Origin: Macrostomum hystrix
Lineage: Eukaryota > Animalia > Platyhelminthes
Direction of reading: 5' to 3'
Length of the DNA: 64,000 nucleotides
Assembly: GCA_950097015.1 (NCBI GenBank)
Contig: CATNEN010000012.1
Coordinates: 3,596,001 to 3,660,000, forward strand
The translations under genes were made by a program, and so were the position numbers. The notes under the pieces are model-generated. The model was not told the origin of the DNA, did not search any database, and saw nothing but the letters and a program-made list of their open reading frames with translations. The first letter of the stretch is position 1; every line of letters starts with the position of its first letter. This document shows positions 60,060 through 64,000 of this stretch, in pieces.

Positions 60060-62210
60060 TCAGAAAGCTGAGATTTGAGACTGACTCAAAAATTCCGCTG
60101 AGATTTGAGACCGACTCAAAAATTCCGCTGAGATTTGAGACTGACTCAAAAATTCCGCTGAGATTTGAGACTGACTCAAACAATCAATCAGCTGAGATTT
60201 GAGACTGACTCAAAAATTCCGCTGAGATTTGAGACTGACTCAAACAATCCATCCGCTGAGATTTGAGACTGACTCAAAAATTCCGCTGAGATTTGAGACT
60301 GACTCAAAAATTCCGCTGAGATTTGAGACTGACTCAAACAATCCATCAGCTGAGATTTGAGACTGACTCAAACAATCCATCAGCTGAGATTTGAGACTGA
60401 GTAAAACATTCCGCTGAGTTTTGAGACTGACTCAAACAATCCATCAGCTGAGATTTGAGACTGACTCAAACAATCCATCAGCTGAGATTTGAGACTGACT
60501 CAAACAATCCATCAGCTGAGATTTGAGACTGACTCAAAAATTCCGCTGAGATTTGAGACTGACTCAAACAATCAATCAGCTGAGATTTGAGACTGACTCA
60601 AAAATTCCGCTGAGATTTGAGACTGACTCAAACAATCCATCCGCTGAGATTTGAGACTGACTCAAAAATTCCGCTGAGATTTGAGACTGACTCAAAAATT
60701 CCGCTGAGATTTGAGACTGACTCAAACAATCCATCAGCTGAGATTTGAGACTGACTCAAACAATCCATCAGCTGAGATTTGAGACTGACTCAAACAATCC
60801 ATCAGCTGAGATTTGAGACTGAGTAAAACATTCCGCTGAGTTTTGAGACTGACTCAAACAATCCATCAGCTGAGATTTGAGACTGACTCAAACAATCCAT
60901 CAGCTGAGATTTGAGACTGACTCAAACAATCCATCAGCTGAGATTTGAGACTGAGTAAAACATTCCGCTGAGTTTTGAGACTGACTCAAACAATCCATCA
61001 GCTGAGATTTGAGACTGACTCAAACAATCCATCAGCTGAGATTTGAGACTGACTCAAACAATCCATCAGCTGAGATTTGAGACTGACTCAAACAATCCAT
61101 CAGCTGAGATTTAAGACTGATTCAAACAATCCATCAGCTGAGATTTGAGACTGACTCAAACAATCCATCAGCTGAGATTTGAGACTGACTCAAACAATCC
61201 ATCAGCTGAGATTTAAGACTGATTCAAACATTCAGCTGAGATTTGAGACTGACTCAAACATTCAGCTGAGATTTGAGACTGACTCAAACAATCCATCAGC
61301 TGAGATTTAAGACTGATTCAAACATTCAGCTGAGATTTGAGACTGACTCAAACAATCCTATAGCTGAGATTTGAGACTGACTCAAACAATCCATCAGCTG
61401 AGATTTGAGACTGACTCAAACAATCCATCAGCTGAGATTTGAGACTGACTCAAACAATCCATCAGCTGAGATTTGAGACTGACTCAAACAATCCATCAGC
61501 TGAGATTTAAGACTGATTCAAACATTCAGCTGAGATTTGAGACTGACTCAAACAATCCTATAGCTGAGATTTGAGACTGACTCAAATAATCCATCAGCTG
61601 AGATTTGAGACTGACTCAAATAATCCATCAGCTGAGATTTGAGACTGATTCAAACAATCCATCAGCTGAGATTTGAGACTGACTCAAACAATCCATCAGC
61701 TGAGATTTGAGACTGACTCAAACAATCCATCAGCTGAGATTTGAGACTGACTCAAACAATCCATCAGCTGAGATTTGAGGCTGACTCAAACAATCCATCA
61801 GCTGAGATTTGAGACTGACTCAAACAATCCATCAGCTGAGATTTGAGACTGACTCAAACAATCCATCAGCTGAGATTTGAGACTGACTCAAACAATCCAT
61901 CAGCTGAGATTTGAGACTGACTCAAACAATCCATCAGCTGAGATTTGAGACTGACTCAAACAATCCATCAGCTGAGATTTGAGACTGAGTCAAACAATCC
62001 ATCAGCTGAGATTTGAGACTGACTCAAACAATCCATCAGCTGAGATTTGAGACTGACTCAAACAATCCTATAGCTGAGATTTGAGACTGACTCAAACATT
62101 CCTTTAGCTGAGATTTGAGACTGACTCAAACAATCCATCAGCTGAGATTTGAGACTGACTCAAACAATCCATCAGCTGAGATTTGAGACTGACTCAAACA
62201 ATCCTTAAAC
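60060..62210. repeat. 34-bp minisatellite (ctgagatttgagactgactcaaacaatccatcag)
   Basis: About 60 units, with shorter variants. Confidence 0.97.
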
Positions 62211-62734
62211 TAGGCTAATTAGAAAAAAATTATCAAGATTTAACGCAGCCTGATGGGATCATTCGCTAAAAATCCTTTCTATATGTAAACAAAGCTTTAC
62301 TTATAAACAAACAACTCGTAGCGGACCGGATGCTGCTAACCTGGCTTGACAACAAGTTTATGTTCTGCTCTATAAGATTTACTTTTTTTAATTCGCCATT
62401 ATGCATGCCTGCAAGTTGGTGTTCAAAAATGCATAAATAGTTAATGAAGTTCTTAGAGTAAAATAAAATTTAGATTTATTATTTTTTCGTGACTTGTTAA
62501 TAATAAACAAGCTAAATGCATAGGATTGGATTTAGAATAATGGTACACAGAACTATTCAATGGATCGTTTAAATACTCGATCGGTGCAGGTGAACTCACT
62601 GCTAATTTCAAATTGATGTCCATCTTGAATTGACTAACTTGGGTAGAAAGGCTATATTTGTTACCTTTGCGTGTATGATTATTACAGCTATAACACTTCT
62701 ATTTTTAACGCATACTAAACCAAACCCTGTGGAT

Positions 62735-63530
62735 CCCATTGTTCACCACATGCAAATCCCATTTTTCACCCCATGCAAACCCCATTGTTCACCACATGCA
62801 AATCCCATTTTTCACCCCATGCAAACCCCATTGTTCACCACATGCAAACCCCATTGTTCACCACATGTAAATCCCATTGTTCACAATTGCAAATCCCATT
62901 GTTCACAATTGCAAATCCCATTGTTCACAATTGCAAATCCCATTGTTTACACATGCAAATCCCATTGTTTATACATGCAAATCCCATTGTTTACACATGC
63001 AAATCCCATTGTTCACAATTGCAAATCCCATTGTTCACAATTGCAAATCCCATTGTTCACAATTGCAAATCCCATTGTTTACACATGCAAATCCCATTGT
63101 TTATACATGCAAATCCCATTGTTTACACATGCAAATCCCATTGTTTACACATGCAAATCCCATTGTTTACACATGCAAACCTCATTGTTCACCCCATGCA
63201 GATCCCATTGTTCACCCCATGCAGATCCCATTGTTCACCACATGCAAACCCCATTGTTCACCACATGCAAACCCCATTGTTCACCACATGCAAACCCCAT
63301 TGTTCACCACATGCAAACCCCATTGTTTACACATGCAAATCCAATTGTTAACAAATGCAAATCCCATTGTTTACACATACAAACCCCATTGTTTACACAT
63401 GCAAATCCAATTGTTAACAAATGCAAATCCCATTGTTCACCACATGCAAACCCTATTGTTAACTTACACAAACCCTATTGTTCACCACGCGAAAATCCCA
63501 TTGTTACCACATGCAAATCCCATTGTTCAC
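62735..63530. repeat. 21-23-bp minisatellite (aaatcccattgttcaccacatgc)
   Basis: About 35 units in several variants. Confidence 0.94.
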
Positions 63531-64000
63531 ACATCTGTACAACTCTAATTCTTACACACGTCTCACACAAGCAATTCCGAAATATAATTGAAGCTTTTCT
63601 ATTTCGCTGGCAGAATTGGCAGCGAATGCAGGCAAGGATTGGACTCAAAAGACAATTGCAGTTACGGAATGACTTGCTATAACTGCTCATTATCTTAGTT
63701 ATTGTATTTTAGTGGGGCCGCTAAGACTAATGTAAGTGTATATCCTTCACAAGTGAATTCTGAATTTGCCCGTTTTCGTGTCCGTGTGCTCGGAGGCAGA
63801 CACAGTCACGGCCGCCAGTGGAAATTTGAATTGAAAGTTGAAGAGAGAGAGAAAAAAAACGACACATTTTATAACTGTGCTCTCACAATGGAGTTTAGAA
63901 TTAACAGACAAGCAGATATACACATTTCACCCCTCCGCATAGTGAATTGGATTGGCACAGTAAACGGAGGGGATAAGCCAATTCGAGAATGCGTTAACTA

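Overview
Intron-rich metazoan DNA: GC-rich exons separated by about 33 distinct minisatellite arrays (roughly 25 kb, about 40% of the window by my coordinate sums). The style resembles a Macrostomum-type flatworm (inference only). Well-supported genes: two tandem BRCA1-like genes (6.1-9.6 kb and 12.1-15.8 kb, +) with intact tandem BRCT domains but no RING domain that I can find; a TEX264 orthologue with a long acidic tail (23.2-27.7 kb, +); a putative neuropeptide precursor (41.6-41.9 kb, +); and an ovo/OVOL zinc-finger gene (44.5-56.0 kb, -). Mobile DNA: a full-length decayed Merlin (IS1016/IS1595-like) transposon with TIRs and TSD, a MITE nested in it, an RTE-LINE 3' fragment and a tRNA-derived SINE. 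Most notable observations: (i) RING-less BRCA1 paralogues with a 620-bp near-identical tract suggesting gene conversion; (ii) complementary satellites at the two ends of the 9.2-kb ovo intron that could bridge its splice sites; (iii) an in-frame TEX264 exon duplicated inside a minisatellite; (iv) two arrays carrying the AP-1 motif TGACTCA upstream of ovo and of the peptide gene; (v) a CpG-deamination footprint on the transposon. Most long ORFs in the supplied track are minisatellite artefacts. Array boundaries are approximate, and all homology calls are by eye, without database searches.
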